64,000 bases of DNA from Candidatus Kaiserbacteria bacterium (GTDB lineage: Bacteria; Patescibacteriota; Minisyncoccia; Phycocordibacterales; Phycocordibacteraceae): contig JACPGH010000007.1 in the NCBI GenBank assembly GCA_016182485.1, forward strand, positions 27,656 through 91,655, read 5' to 3'. Below the pieces are notes generated by a model. It was not told the origin of the DNA. It saw only the letters and a program-made list of their open reading frames with translations, and ran no database searches. Shown piece by piece: positions 18,342 through 33,300 of this stretch (its first letter is position 1; the number at the start of each line of letters is the position of its first letter). The position numbers and the translations under genes are program-made.

Positions 18342-21300
18342 ATTGTGGCGTTGTCGAAGTTTCGGTAGCCGCGGAGAGGGGCTCGATTACTGTCACTAGC
18401 CTCGAAACCGAACCCGTGTTCCCCGCCGCGTCCGTCGCGCTGTAGGTGAGCGTGTATGAGCCGGCTGTTGCGGTATCTGCGGAACCCGAGGTCGCGATTT
18501 TTGCCGTTAGGTCTCCGTCCGTTTCATCTGTAGCGGTCGCCCCCGGGTCTGTGAAGGTCTGACCTTCACTGATCTGCATCGCCGCCTCTCCGTTCAAGGT
18601 CACGATCGGAGGTTGAGAGTCTGAATCCGGACTTATGACTTCCGACTCTGGAGTAGCGCTCGACTCTTGACTCGTGACTTGTGACTCTTGACTTGTTGTA
18701 CCGGCTACTACGCTCCCGTTGCCTACGATCACCGACCGCGTCGCCATGATGCTCCCATTCGGCCCGAGTACGCGATAGGTGATTATGTAGGTCGTCTCGC
18801 TTGAGGTATCAATAGTCCCCGGGCCGACTTCCGACTCCACGCCGTTGATATAAGTCGTTACGGGCGCACCCCCTGCATCGATTCCCGGATCAACGAAGTT
18901 CCCCCCGACCTCGATCAGATAAGGATTATCCCCGAGCACCGTAATCCATTGGGTGCTCGTGTTTGAATTGGAAATTGAAAATTGAGAATTGGAAATTTGT
19001 GACTCTGGCGTGCTTGTCGCCATCTGCCCTTCCGTCTGGATCAAGAAGTAATCGAAGGAGGTGTCTCCCGCCTGCGGGCTCTCGAGCACGAGGCGGAAGG
19101 AGCCGTCCTTCTTCTCCGCGATATACCAGGAGCCGGTCGTCGAGGCGGTGAAGGTGACGAATATCTTGGTCGAGGGCTTCACGTAGGCGTTCTGCACCTC
19201 CGCGACCGTGTTGCCGGCGATTATTTTCACCGTCCCGGCCGAGCTCGTACCGGCGGAATTCGTCGCCGCGACGAACTGGTCGGCCACGAGCGTGCCGAAC
19301 TGCGCGATGCCCTTCGCGATATAGGCGCCAAAGGCGTTAAAGGCGCTCGCGAGCGAGGTCGTCGAGAAGGAGACCGGCGAGCCGGAGGCAGAGGAGACCG
19401 CGCCGCTCTCGAGCGCCGCGAGGCGCGCCTCGAGCGAGGTGAGCCGCACCTCGGCGCGATCGACCTTCTCGGCGAGCGTCTGCACGCCCGCGAGGGTCAG
19501 GGTCGCGAGCTTGTAGAGATCCACGCCGTTGCCGTCTATCGAGAGGATCTCGGGCGCCGTCTCCCGCGCATCCTCGGCAATGAGGCCGAGCCGGAGCGGG
19601 TTGCTCCCGGCCTCTGCCGCGTAGCGATACGTCGCGACCTTGAGCCCGCGAACCTTGCCCAGCACGGCCTCGGTCGAGCTCGCGCTCATATAATTGATGT
19701 CGGTCTTGAGCGCGCGCGTCGAAGTGTTCACGAAGCTCGTCGCGCTCACTTCCTGCGCCGTGAGGCGATTGATGTAGCCCTCGTTCGTCACCGCGAGATT
19801 CGATGTCCACACGGAGGTCGAGGCGACAAAAGAATCCGCCGCTACGTTGCCATATACTGTGAACAAGCCGGCAGCTTGGTGCGGAAACGATCCTGTCACT
19901 TCGATTTCTGAGGGTTCGATTCCCTCTGCCGGCTTTTGCAGGTTTTCCACAATGCTTGCCGGGGTGCTTGACGCGTAAACCCAGTTTGCTATAATAGGTG
20001 CGGTGACAGGCTCGTTTCTCGCAGAAATCGAACCCTCGTAAGAGAACCCGAAGTAGCCGCCCGTAAGGGCGGTTATTTCGTTTTCCAGCGTCCCTACCCT
20101 CCCCGCGAGCCGCGTCGAAGTGGTGCTCAGCTCCTGTATCGCCAGTATCATCGGCGCGGCGAGGCCGTCGTAATTGATGGAGAGCGTGCCGTCGGGCGTG
20201 AGCGAGGTGGGGGCGGAAGTCTGTACGAGATCCGGGAACACCTCTCGCACCTGCTGGGCGATGAGGCCGAATTGCTTCTGGCTCGAGCGCTCCGCCGCCG
20301 GATCCCAGTAGAAAGAAACGGGCCGGAGCGCGTCGATCGCAGACAGCCCGCTCGCTGTCGCGAGCGGGCTTATATCCTGCTTCAGCCGCTCGTCAGACGC
20401 GGAGCAGGCGAGGAGGCCGTTGCCGTTAGACGTGAAGCCGGTGCAGTTCTTGTAGCCGTCGAAGGTGACGTTCGCCGTCTCCCCGCCGACTTCAAGCAGG
20501 GTCGCGGGCGTCGTAGTCCCGAGGCCTATCGCGCTCGCGCTCATGTAGATCGGCTGGACGCCGCTCCCCACGAGGCGCGAGGTGATGATGAGATTGCCGG
20601 TTGAGGCGTCGATGCCGAATTCGCCGATGTAGTTGGGGTCGGAGCCGTTGTAGATGGTCATGGCGGAAGCGCTCCCCGCGGTCGTCACGATCGAGAAGCG
20701 CTCGCTTTGTCCGCCGGGGCTTGCCGTCCCAATCCCGACATCACCGGAGTCGTCGATCACGAACGGCGTCGGGTCGCCTGCCTGGTCGTTCACGGCGAAG
20801 GAGAGCGCGGCGCTCGTATTCTCGACCGCGAACTTCGCGAACGGCGTGCTCGAGGCGATGCCGACCCGCTCGTTCGTGGCGACATAGAGCGAGGAAGTGG
20901 CGGTGAGGGTCGTACCGGTCCCCGCATAGTATGGGAACTGCCCGGCCGTGCCGGAACCGACCGTCCCTGTCCCGCTCCCGCCTCCCACGCAGACTCCGTT
21001 AATCGCAAAACATCCTGTTCGTATATCAATGCCGGAGCCGAACGTGGACGTGGCGGTCGCCGAAATGTTAATCGTATTGGCTCCCGTATCTCCAAGCGAG
21101 AGCAGCGTCCCCGGACTCGTCGTCCCGATGCCGACGTTGCCTTCTATTATCATCCCGTTAGTGGGAGCCGCCGCACCGTAATTTGTTCCCACGGAAACCC
21201 CTCCAGCAATACTCAATTTACTTCCCGGAGTAGTGGTGCCAATACCAACCCTCTGGTTGTACCCTCCAGAGACACCGCCAATAAAGAACGGCGTGTAGCT

Positions 21301-24300
21301 CGTGGAGAAATCTCTGACAGCAGCCGTGTTTTGCTCAATAGAAAAGAAATCAGTCGTATTTCCTACATGGAGCCGCCAGATACCTTCAGAAGTTGCATAA
21401 TTCTTGTTGTCCATTACGAAGTAATTGTCTCCGCCGGTTGTGGTTTGAAGAATGCTTAATGGCGTTGTCGTCCCTATGCCGACGTTGCCAGTGCTGTTTA
21501 TCACCATTTGTGTAGCATTGCCGCCTGTTCGGAAAGACATGCCTCTCGATAGCCCGTTGGGACTGTAGAAAACCCCCCCATCAGCTACGTTATTCGGGCT
21601 TCCAAACAACAAAGCTTGCTCATTAGCATTTGGAGCAAGAAGAGATAGGTAATTTGAGCCACTGTTTTCAACCGTCAGGACTGTCCCCGCAAGAGGGGTA
21701 ATCCCCGAAAATCCTCCTGTTACATGCAATTTACTCTGCGGACTCGTCGTCCCGATCCCGACGTTGCCATTCTTTATAATAGTCATGTAGTTCGAGATGG
21801 TAGAACCATCCCAGACGCCAAAGTCGAGTGCCATATTGCTGCCGCCGGGCGCCCGAGTTTGGATACGAGCGAAGTCATACCCTCCGGTGGCCGTATCGCT
21901 AAAGAGGAGCCCGATAGCATCACCGGTTTGTCCTCCAAAACCGCTCGTACCAATTTTGGCTACGCTTGTCAGGCTTCCTGCGACTCGTGTACCGGAAACA
22001 GTTAATGTATTTGTAGGCGTCGTCGTCCCGATGCCGACATTTCCGGTGCTTGCTTGAACGGTTAACTTAGGATTGCCACTGATAGACAATTGCACATCTC
22101 TGTTTGAACTTAACATCGCATATGTAGAATTGTCCGTGGAGAGATAATGGCTTTCATCACCAAAGAAAATATTCCCGGCTACTGAAAGTTTTCCTCCAGG
22201 TGCCGCCGCCCCAATCCCCACATTCCCATTCGCCAGCACGGTCATGAGGGTGGAAGTCGACGTGCCAGCAGTCGTAGAGGCGATAGTGAACAGCGGCGTG
22301 TTTACAGCGGTTCCCGCAGCGTTCGAAATCGAGAGGATTGAATACGGCGAGGTCGTCCCGATGCCCACGTTGCCGCCGCTTGTGATGCGCATTTTTTCAG
22401 AGGCATTGGTAGTAAACCCAAGATAGCTACTTCCAAAAATGCCGTAGCCAGTGAGGTTTGAAATATTTACGGCTGGAGTCTCTGCGGTACTTTGAGCTTG
22501 TTCATCAAACGAAGCCCGGCCGAAGGCGTCAATCTTAAACCATTCCTGGGCAGTCGTCAGGTCGGTACCATTTATCAAAACCGCGCCATTACCGGTAGTG
22601 CCGCGTAAAATTAGGCGAGTGTTGTTGGTCGTGGTGTTCGCTATTTCCAAATGACCGACCGGACTCGTCGTCCCGATGCCGACGTTGCCGGCAGTCGTGA
22701 TTGTTAATTTTGCGCCATCAGAAGGAACGGCGTTATTTGTCGTTATGTAGAATTTATTTTCAGAATCATCCCCGAGTCCCATTGCCCAATTCGTCGTTCC
22801 ATTTGTCTGGAATTCTAGCTCATTGTTATTGGTTACAGCTCCACGATTCAATCTCAAATAATTGTGGCTGCCGGAATCAAACCTTGAAACAAGATTCGAG
22901 CTTTTATAGACATCCAATAATACACCCGGCGTCGTTGTCCCAATCCCGACGTTGCCAGTCTGCACTATCAAAGCTGCGTGACTTGCATCAGCCATGTTTA
23001 TGTGAAGACCTCGCTGTATGCCTGCGTTTGATTGCGACCCTCCGGTTATTCTTAGACCGGTATTTATTCCGTTTGTCCCTGAGCCTGTCGTAGCGCCGGT
23101 CGTAATATCTATGCCGTAAGATTCCTGCGCATTGCCGCCGCTGTGATCTTTTCTCATGGTTGGGGTGGTAATTTGTACGCCCCTCCATGTAAAGCCGCCC
23201 GTATTCCCTAACCAATTCCCGGAGGTAATCTCGATTCCCCGAACTGTCGCGACATCGCCGCCTTGATCAAATTGGCCGGGGCTGCCTGTCTCGATCCTAG
23301 CTCCCGTGAGGGTAGCTGGCGCATTATTCATGGTGAAGGTTGGCATCTTGAGAACCAACCCTCTCTGCGTAACTCCCGAGGCATTGGTTACATTGGTATT
23401 CGCATCGAGAGTCGCAAGGTCAAAAGTAGAGCTTATAGCCGAAGGCTGTGCAACCGCCAATCTGCTTTCGGGACTCGTCGTCCCAATCCCAACATTCCCA
23501 TTCCCGTCGATCACGAAGCGGTCGTCGGTGCCTAAGGCGGATGACGACGCGATTTTGAATTTGCCTCCGTCGGAGTAATCCATGCCCATTGTCCACTTGT
23601 ACGTCGGCCCCGCGAGCGCTGATAATTCGATTGCGACGTCGTTCGCCGGCTGATAAAGAGTCAGGACTTGATTAGCGCTCGTCGTCGCAATGCTCAATTT
23701 TCCGTCACCGCTGCCAGTACCCTGCGCGGTTATGAATGGAATCGTTGCACCCACATATAGTTTAAAAACATCATTCCCTCCGCTAAGAGCCGTGTTATCC
23801 CAATCGTCGGAATTGCCTAAGTAGACAACTCCGTTCCCTCCGGTGCTTTTTGAAGAGCCTACTATGGCAATCCCAGCTGCTGAAGAGCTGCCCCACGCCC
23901 TTTCGAACAGCGCATTAAGCCAGCTGTCTGGGGTATCGGTAATACCCGCGCTTTGGGCTGTGTCGCGGACATGCAAATCCGCCCAAGGACTCGTCGTCCC
24001 GATGCCGACGTTGCCGCCGTTTGGATTTATCAACGCGCTGCGGTTATTAGCGGAATGAGCTTGCAGAGTCAAATTCCCGGTAGAGGTGTTATACAATTCG
24101 AGGTATCCATAGATAGAAGTGTTATCAAGACCTGAGCGAATTTGCTGAGAGTACGGCTGGAATATATCTCCGGCTACATGCAAGGTTGCGAGAGGACTTA
24201 CTGTTCCAATCCCAACATTGGAAGTTGTTGCCGATACAGTAAGGACATTTGTGCCAACTTGTAATGTAGCTCCGGGATTGGTAGTCCCGATGCCGACGTT

Positions 24301-27300
24301 GCCGCCGTTTGTCTGAAGAGAGAGCGGGTAGTTGACCGACTGGTCTGTGCTGTCATGTACTTGAATCCATGCAGACCACGGAGAAGTATTCAACGCACCA
24401 AAATCCATCGCAATATTATCTGTGCCGCTGAAACGTACCCGTCCGGTAGCAGTCGTCCCCGAATTAGCCGGGACACCCGCGGCTCCATTCACCTGGAGCG
24501 AAAGGGCGGGATTTGAAACGCCAATACCAACGCTTCCCCCCGCATCTATGGTAAAGGGCGTGGCGTCCGGCGACTCTGTGTCCTCCACAACGAATGAGGG
24601 ACCACTCCCTGCATTCGTTACCGAAAGCACTCCCCACGGACTCGTCGTCCCGATGCCGACGTTGCCGGAAGTGTCTATCGTCAAAGATTCTACACCGTTG
24701 GAATAGAGCGAAAGTTTTTGAGCCTTGCCATTGACATCCCCCATCTGCAAAGTGCTGCCCGATTGTGAGGCAATAATTATATTGCCCGGAGCCACCGAGA
24801 GAACATAATTGGAGGTCGCGTAGAATCCAGGAGCCGTAAGGTATCCGTTATAATCCCATCTGGCTAATTCTGATTGTGCGCTATTTTCGATTCTTATGAT
24901 TGGTCGGTTTGCTGCGTCATCTATAGTTCTAAAAACCGCGACATAGTCATTTGGAGACGCGCTCGTCGAACCGGCCACGACCAATTTCGACGTTGGATTC
25001 GTTACACCAATCCCCACGTTCCCTCCGAGGAACACCGCCGCCGGGCCAGTCGATTTCTGCTCGATAGCGAGCGTCGGATACGCCGAGGTGCTTGAGGCAG
25101 AGAGCTGGCCCCAAGGGGTGGTGGAACCGATCCCGAATTTCCCATTCGAAAGGTCAAGGGTCATTCGGGTTGTGGGCGTAAAAGCAGAATTCATCGTTAA
25201 GCCCGTATCCCCCGTAAACAAAAGTTCTCCGTTTAGCTCTCGGAGCATAGAAGCCGCCGTTCCGCGGGCAACCATAGCGGCTGCGACCTCGTCTACGTCG
25301 AAACCTAGGAATACATTTCCAGAATTGACGACGGACATTGAAATAGACCCGGGACCTGCGGCATAACCAGAATTCACAATAAATTGCGAATTAAGCCCTT
25401 GGCCCCCTCCATAATTCTGGATATTTAACAAAGCATCTGGACTCGTCGTCCCGATCCCGACGTTGCCGCCTTCCTGAATGTACATCCGCGCAGACAATGT
25501 TGCTGCACTCCCAACCGCCCCGCTTGGCGCGGTGTAAAATCCAATATCTCCAGCTCTGTTGTTATCATTAATCCCGATTGCTGCGCCACCGGCGGCTTCT
25601 ATATATTTCCAACCACTCGAATAGTAAAGGTTGCCCGCTACATTGGCTCCGGCGTTCCCACCAAAGGTCATGTCATCCCCTGATGTGGCAATATGAAGAA
25701 GATTTAGCGGACTCGTCGTCCCGATGCCGACGTTGCCAGTGCTATCAGCAATGAACATTGAATCATCTGGAGCGTTGTAGCCGATCGAAAACTTCCTTCC
25801 ACTCGTTCCTGCATCTGTCCCAAGAATTATTCTTCCAGCGTTATTACCAAAGTAAACTATCTTACCAGCTGGAGAAGATGCTGAGTCATCCAAGCGTATA
25901 TATGGAGTCGAACCAACTGCATGAATAATCTGTACAGGATTGGCGACTCCTATACCGAGTTTCCCATTAGTCCCCCCTGCAGTTGATGCTCCGACGAAAA
26001 GATCGCCTCCAATAGAGGTGAGTGCAGCCGGACTCGTCGTCCCAATGCCGACGTTGCCTGAGCCGTTTGCGTAGAGGGTGCTGGCGATCGCGACTTGAGT
26101 AGCCGAAACACTAATGGCATTATCGAGACCTGCTGCAGCAAATGCCAGAAGAGTTTTATCGTCTTTACCATCACGTATGTAGAAATTGTTACTGGTCAAG
26201 CCTCCAATGAAGCCAACCTTCCACAAAGCAGCTCCGTTCGAGTCTAATGTAAGCCCTCCATCATGGCTATTATTTGGTCTATTAAAAAGAATAGAAGCAG
26301 GGCCACCGCTAATGGAGAGTAACGCTCCCGGACTCGTCGTCCCGATGCCGACGTTGCCGTTCGCTTGCAATGTCATCACTGTAACATCCCCTGTTTTATC
26401 AAAACTGCCGCTGCTTTTGAGATTAATATCGAGGCGTGAATACGGATTGGTATCACCCACTTGGTATCGTCCGAGCGCAAATTCCGCAATATTGGGATAT
26501 GAGACACCGTCATTTACACCTCTATAGAGCTGCAGGATTCCTGCTGCTCCCACTGAAGAAGGAGCAACAGAGCCCACCACCTCAAGAGGCACCGCTGGAT
26601 TTATCGTTGGAGTTCCGATACTCACTTCGGTACCGCTTATAATCATCGCATCCGAAAATACATTTGCCCCCGTTGTGGTCTGAAACACTAACAAGGAGCA
26701 ATCATTTCCATAACAGTTACCCCCGAAAGTACCTAAAATTCTTCCAACCGACGGTGTTGGAGTCACACCTCCCGTAGGCGCAAGAAACCTGATACCCGCA
26801 CCCGGCCCATAATTTGTACCCGGTAAATCGTTCACCACCGCTATCTCGGCGCTTATATTTCCACTCCGTGTAGAAGTAGTATCGGACCGAGAAAATTCCG
26901 CAAGAAAATTCGGTATAGCTTTCCCAATCCCCACATTCCCCGCGTTCGTAATAGTAAGCGCCGCGGGGGTTGATGTCCCATACGCATCCGTCGATGTCCC
27001 GACGTACAGGTTCCCGCCCATTGAGGAAAAGAGCCAGTGTTTCAAGTTGGCACCCGCCGAAGAATCAGAGAGCGCAAAAGATGGTCGAGTGCCCGCGGCT
27101 TGCAGGAGCCAGTTCGGCGTCGTAGTCCCGATGCCGACGTTGCCGGAGTCATTGACGACCATCAGGACATTATTCGTTGCGTCTCCATCTGTTTGATGAT
27201 GGCCGATGACGAAGGCCTGGCCAGTGTTGTCATTATCAGCGTCAAGGTTGACCCGGAAACTGCCTGTGCTTGAAATCATTCCCCAACCATCAGGTCCGGT

Positions 27301-30300
27301 TGCAGGAACATATCCATCCTGTGTCGTGCCGCCGTAGCCAAAACGGAAGCTCGAAGATACTATCATCTGCGATCCAGTAAGAGATAGTCCCGATGCTCCT
27401 AACCCGAAAAATTCTACGGTGCTGTTTGGTTGAAACCGCATTCGTTCCGCAAGCGAACTGGTATTGGTATCCACCCCATAAAATACCAAAGACGTACCCA
27501 ATCCTCCCGGACTCCATGAGCCGTTTCCAGCTGCTTCCGCGATAATTCGCGCCCCGGTTTGATACGCCGAGCCGTCATATCCCATGAAATCTATCTGGCC
27601 CAATGTATCACTTGAACAATCCACTCCGCATGTTGCAGAGGGAGCACTTGCCGTCCCGCGGGCATGGATTAGTTGAAGCGCCGGACCTGCATCACTAGTA
27701 AGAAATTGACGAATCGTCGAGGTAGCACTCGAGTTACTGACAATGTCAAAGAGTGTACTTGGCCCCGCCGTCCCAATTCCTACCCTGCCATTCGCGAGCA
27801 CGGTCATCAAAGTCGAGGTCGAGGTGCCACCCGTCGTCGAGGCGATGGTGAAGAGCGGAGTATTCGCCGTCGTACCGGCTGAATTTGAAATCGAGAGGAG
27901 TGAATACGGAGAAGTAGTACCGATGCCTACTTTTCCGAGATCATTGATAGTCATCCTCTGAACAAGCGTATTGGTGGAATCTGCTCCGGTATTTACATAA
28001 AACTGCAATTCGGGGGAATTGTGCGACTCACCGCTTGATCCCACTATTTTAGCTTGGTTGGCAACGCCATTTCGCATATTGAACTGAAGTTCAGGAGCGC
28101 CCTGATTACTGTCGCCAGTAATGCGAATGGCTGTGACCCCTGAAGAGCTGTAAACTTCAAGTTCTTCTGCAGGAACTGTAGCAGTATTTAACCCACCTCC
28201 TACCCCCAATAAGCCGCCCGTGGTCAGAACCATCTTGCCGTTTGTACTTACTGCAGTCGAATCTTTGAAGAACCCGAGATGTCCGCTGTCTCCTGCGGAT
28301 ATATACCAGTCATCCCCCCCAACAGCCGCATTTGATGTTGAAAGATAGCCAGTTGTCGATATATTAGCTGCCGTAAGTGTTCCAGTAGCAGTGATATTGG
28401 CAGCTGTTATGTTTCCGGAGAAAAGGCCATTTCCGTGTACCGAGAATAGGCTTGCCGGACTCGTCGTCCCTATGCCGACGTTCCCGCCCAAGAACACCGC
28501 TGCAGGACCGGTCGACTTCTGCTCGATGGCGAGGGTTGGATATGCGGAGGTCGAGGAGGCAGAGAGCTGGCCCCAAGGGGTGGTGGAACCGATCCCGACA
28601 AGACCAGCGGCTGTGATGCGCATAAGCTCATATGCTCCTACAAAAGTGATAGGATCGGCGTTCGACAAAAGCCTATAGGCACTTCCTGTCCAGTTGAGAT
28701 TGTGATTTACATCATAGCCAATGTAGCCGCTTGTGGTAGTGAAATTCCCTCCAGAAACGACACCCGTTGAATTCACGGTCAATCTTGGGGTCCCTTCGGT
28801 AGCTACAACGAGAGCATTAGTGTTTGATCCTTGAGCTACATTGACATACATCCCGTGCGAGCCATTCGTAGTATTGGAGTTATAGAAGTTGGCTACATAA
28901 TTGCCTGGCTCACTTTTTGTAACATCGAGTGTGTAACCCGGCGCAGCCGTCCCGATTCCCACATTCCCATTCGCGAGAACGGTCATGAGGGTCGAAGTCG
29001 AGTTCCCTGCCGTAGTCGAAGCGATCGTGAACAGCGGTGTGTTCACCGTGGTGCCTGCCGAATTTGAAATCGAGAGGAGTGAATACGGAGAAGTAGTACC
29101 GATGCCGACGTTGCCTTCCACTATTAATCCATTTGTCGGCGCTACTGTCGTGTCATACGAAGCGCCGATTGTTGCTCCACCCGACACGCTCAGCTTAGAC
29201 CCTGGCGCCGTTTCCCCGATACCAAGGTTTCCGCCTGCAGTAAGTCTCATTTTTTCAGAATCATTGGTTACAAAAGCGAAGGGATGATTAGTGTATGTTC
29301 CTATGAAGGCGCCTGGGGTTCCAAGCTTGCCGGTGCCCACGCCTTCTCCCTGCCAGTAAGAGGTTACACCGCCCCCCGCAACGTCAACTTGAAATTGAGC
29401 ATACGATTTATCTGAGGTAGACAGGTTCCTAACTCTAACTGTCGGAAAAATCGTGCCATTGTCGCTTGTTGAATTTTTTACGACATCAAGCAATACACCC
29501 GGCGTCGTCGTCCCGATGCCGACGTTTCCAGTGCTTGAAATCCTGACCCGTTCTGCTACTGAAAGATTAGCCGGAGTTGTCCAAAACGATAAACCCGTAT
29601 CACCTTGTTCTGCTTGAAAATTGTCATGAACTGCAACAATTCTAGCGGCGTCATTTGTTACAACATTATTACCAACATCAACTTGGCGGAATCCAATATA
29701 TCCTCCCTGTTCGCTATATCCATTGGCCAGACGAGACTCAAGAATCATTATAGGCGCGTATGTCTGGGACGGAACCGTGGTCGGAACAATATCGAGTCGA
29801 GCTGACGGCGTCGTCGTCCCGATACCGATGTTGCCGGTGTTAAATATTGCGGCAGGATTTGTGCCATCGCCTACAACGTAAAGACGCGCGGGAATAGTGC
29901 TTGCAGTAGGCGTGTCCGATCCGATGATTTGAACATTTCCTCTACCAAGATTTAAACTACTTGCGTCGATGCCAGCATTGACAACAGCACTTACTGCTGC
30001 ATTGGTAAACTGCCAATAAGGAAGAGCGCCGCTTGAGGTAACGCGGACAGTATAATTATCTGACGTATTCGTGATAGCAAGTGGGGCAGAACCTGCTGCA
30101 CCGCTGACCACTTGAAGATTATTATTCGGACTCGTCGTCCCGATGCCGACGTTGTTGTTAGAAGAAAGGATCGTAAAGACGGCCGAGGAATCCTCTGCAG
30201 GTGCGTTTCCTTTGCTGATTACGAAGTTATCCGAAGCGCTGTACGGCAAGCCCAATCCCCACTTGACGGCTGAACTCCGCGAAAAATTCACAAAGGCACT

Positions 30301-33300
30301 CTGGCTGTCTCCCGTATTGAGGTTGATTCCTATGCTATTAGAATTCGGATTATTAATGGTGAAAATCGAAGTCGGCCCGGGTGTAAAATCAAATCGATCG
30401 CTGCCGCCGATTTGGACAGCCCCGTTTTGCATCACTAAGAGTCCCGCATTGCCGGCCGACAGTCCCCCCGCGAACGTCGAAGTCGCCGTCGTCGAGGTCG
30501 CGGTGAAATACTGTGAGACGGTTTCCCCAACCACCGAAAGTTTGGCATAGGGACTCGTCGTCCCGATACCGACGTTGCCAGAATTTGTAATACGCATTTG
30601 CTCCGTAGCAGAAGCTCCAGTTTCGAAAAGAATATTCCCGTAGGTAGCGCTGGCGCTCGTGTTGGTAATGTGTATGTTGCCGGTACTCGGATTATAAAGA
30701 TCAATGTACGCAATGTTATCAACTCCGAGAATCTTGCTTGTACTCAGCCCTAAATTGCCGGCGAGCGTATTGGAGGAACCGTTAAGCGCCATAACGTTTG
30801 TTGCGCCAACTCTCAGATTTAACACACTGTACCCGGCAGTTTTAAGGTATGATCCACTGTTTTCCGCGCTTATTTCCGTATACCACGTGGGGTCACTTGG
30901 TAAACTTGCTCTGACGTTCGTGCCCGCCACCAATCCACCAGTGAGCGTGGAAGTGCTTGTATTCGTAACGATAAGGTTCGTCAATGTCGACGTTCCCACT
31001 GCGAGCGTGCTTGTCCCCGTTATCGCACCACCAAAAAATCCTGTGCCACTAACATAACTATTGCCATGTACGCTTAACAGAGCCGCAGGACTCGTCGTCC
31101 CGATGCCGACGTTGCCCGTGTCGCTCTTGATGGCGATGTCTGTCCTCTGGATGCTGCCATCATCCGCCGAAATCCAGAAAGCATCGTCAATGATTCGGAG
31201 AATATGTTTCTTGCTGTTCGAGTTGTCTTGGAGGACGATACCCGGATTTGTGCCGCTGCCCGGGCCTATGTGCAGAGAGGTGGTGAGTGCCGTTGCAATG
31301 CCGCTTCCTGGGCTCGCCGTCCCGATGCCGACGTTGCCGGAAGTATCAATTCTCATTCTCTCTGTAGGTGTAAAACTATTGCCAGCTGTTAGCCCGCTGT
31401 TTGTGAAGAACCGAATATTCCCCAAATAATTTTCCACTTGCGAAGCCATCGTACTCCGGGCGACATAACTACTGCCATTCCACGACATTCCTCCGGCAAT
31501 ATTGCCTTGGCTGTCCGCAGTTGAAATGAGAAAGCCGCCACTGTTAGTCCCGTCGGAACCAAACCTTATTTGAGTATTTGAGCTTGCTGTGGCTATGTCC
31601 AGCTTATAGTTTGGCCCCGCCGTCCCGATGCCGACGTTGCCGGTGCTTGTTATTCGCATCCGCTCTGCAATCGTGGAATCGGTCTGCGTTGTCGAAAATT
31701 GCAGATACCCGGCGTTAGGGTTCGATTCCATTCTTCCTGCAATTGTGGCAAAGGCTAATGCACCTGTTGCTCCGCCACCAAAACCGGAGAATCGAAGTTG
31801 AGGACCTTTATCAATTGCTGCAGCATCGCTTGAACGTAAGACTAGGGTGCCAGCAGATTCGGCTGAATTAACCACTCCACTCGCTGCCTCAACCGTTAAT
31901 TTCCCACTTGGACTCGTCGTCCCGATGCCGACGTTGCCGCTCGACAAAGTAGTGCCAGTACCATCGATCCCCGTACCATAAATGAGATTGCCAATATTAA
32001 GAATATTTGATGAGGTGACCGCCGGAGCATCAATGTCGTAGCCTAGGATGATATTCCGCGAACCAGTCGTAAGCGCATCTCCTGCCTGATAGCCCAGGAG
32101 AATATTCCCCCCGCCGTAGGTGATGGCATTCCCCGCATTGTAACCAAGCGCTACGTTCCCTTCGGTATCATTGGAGGGGCCGGTAATCATATTAAGCAGA
32201 GCCTGATAGCCGATGGCGACTTGATTTGAAGAGCTCGTCGCTGTTTGAAGCGCACTCTGTCCCATTGCGATGTTGTAGCTACCCGTCGTATTGCTCAAGA
32301 GGACATTTACACCGATGCCGATGTTTGACGCTCCACTCGTATTCGCTGACATAGCACTTCTGCCGACAGCCGTATTGAAATCGCCCGTCACGATCGCGCC
32401 GCCAATCGCGTTACTACCGACAGCTGTATTATATGCGCCTGTGGAAATATGGTAGCCTGCTTGAAGTCCCAGACCAGTATTTTCGACACCCGTGGTATCG
32501 GCTAAGGCGTATGCTCCCAAAGCGGTAAGGCCATCTGTCGTGACATTGCTATTTAACGCTGATGTGCCTATAGCTACGTTATTGCTTGCAGTAGTAAGGG
32601 AGGCACCCGCCAAATAGCCCAAGACTGAATTATTGTTTCCTGTGGTCAAACTCTTCAAACCATAGCGTCCGATCGCGATATTAGAAGTTCCAGTGGTAAT
32701 ACTAGAAAGAACCAAGTCGCCGCCAATGCCAATATTGTAAGTTCCGGTCAAGGTCGTGTTTCCAGCCGGCGCACCGTTCGTGCCAATCATGAGATTGCCG
32801 GTACCGTAAGAGTCAATCCACCTGTTGTCTCCCATCTTTATTTGACCAACTGCTGTAGTTGTAACCGGAAGACGGAAGTTCCCAGTAATTTCTAATTGCT
32901 CCGCCGGCGTCGTCGTCCCGATGCCGACGTTGCCCGCGCTCGTTACTGTGAGATACGGCGTGACCGTATCACTCGAGGAGGCGATGCGGAAGAGGTCCGA
33001 GGTCTGGCCGCTCCAGCCCTGGACGAAGAGCGTCGAGGTGGCGGAGGTGAGCGAGGCGTCTTGTATATAGAGCGGCTGATTGAATTCAAAGCGCTTGCTC
33101 GACGTGGCGGCGTTCCAGGCCAGCTGAGCGTTCGGCGAACTGCTGCCGCGCGCGAACACTAGGTAGGCGCTCTCTTGATCTGCGGATGTGTTATCAGAAT
33201 TGACAGTGAGCGTCTCTGCCTGCACATTGCCGCCGACTATAGTGCCCACCACGGTGACCGCGCTCACTTCGTTGGCGTAGATTTTATCGAAGCGCACAGA

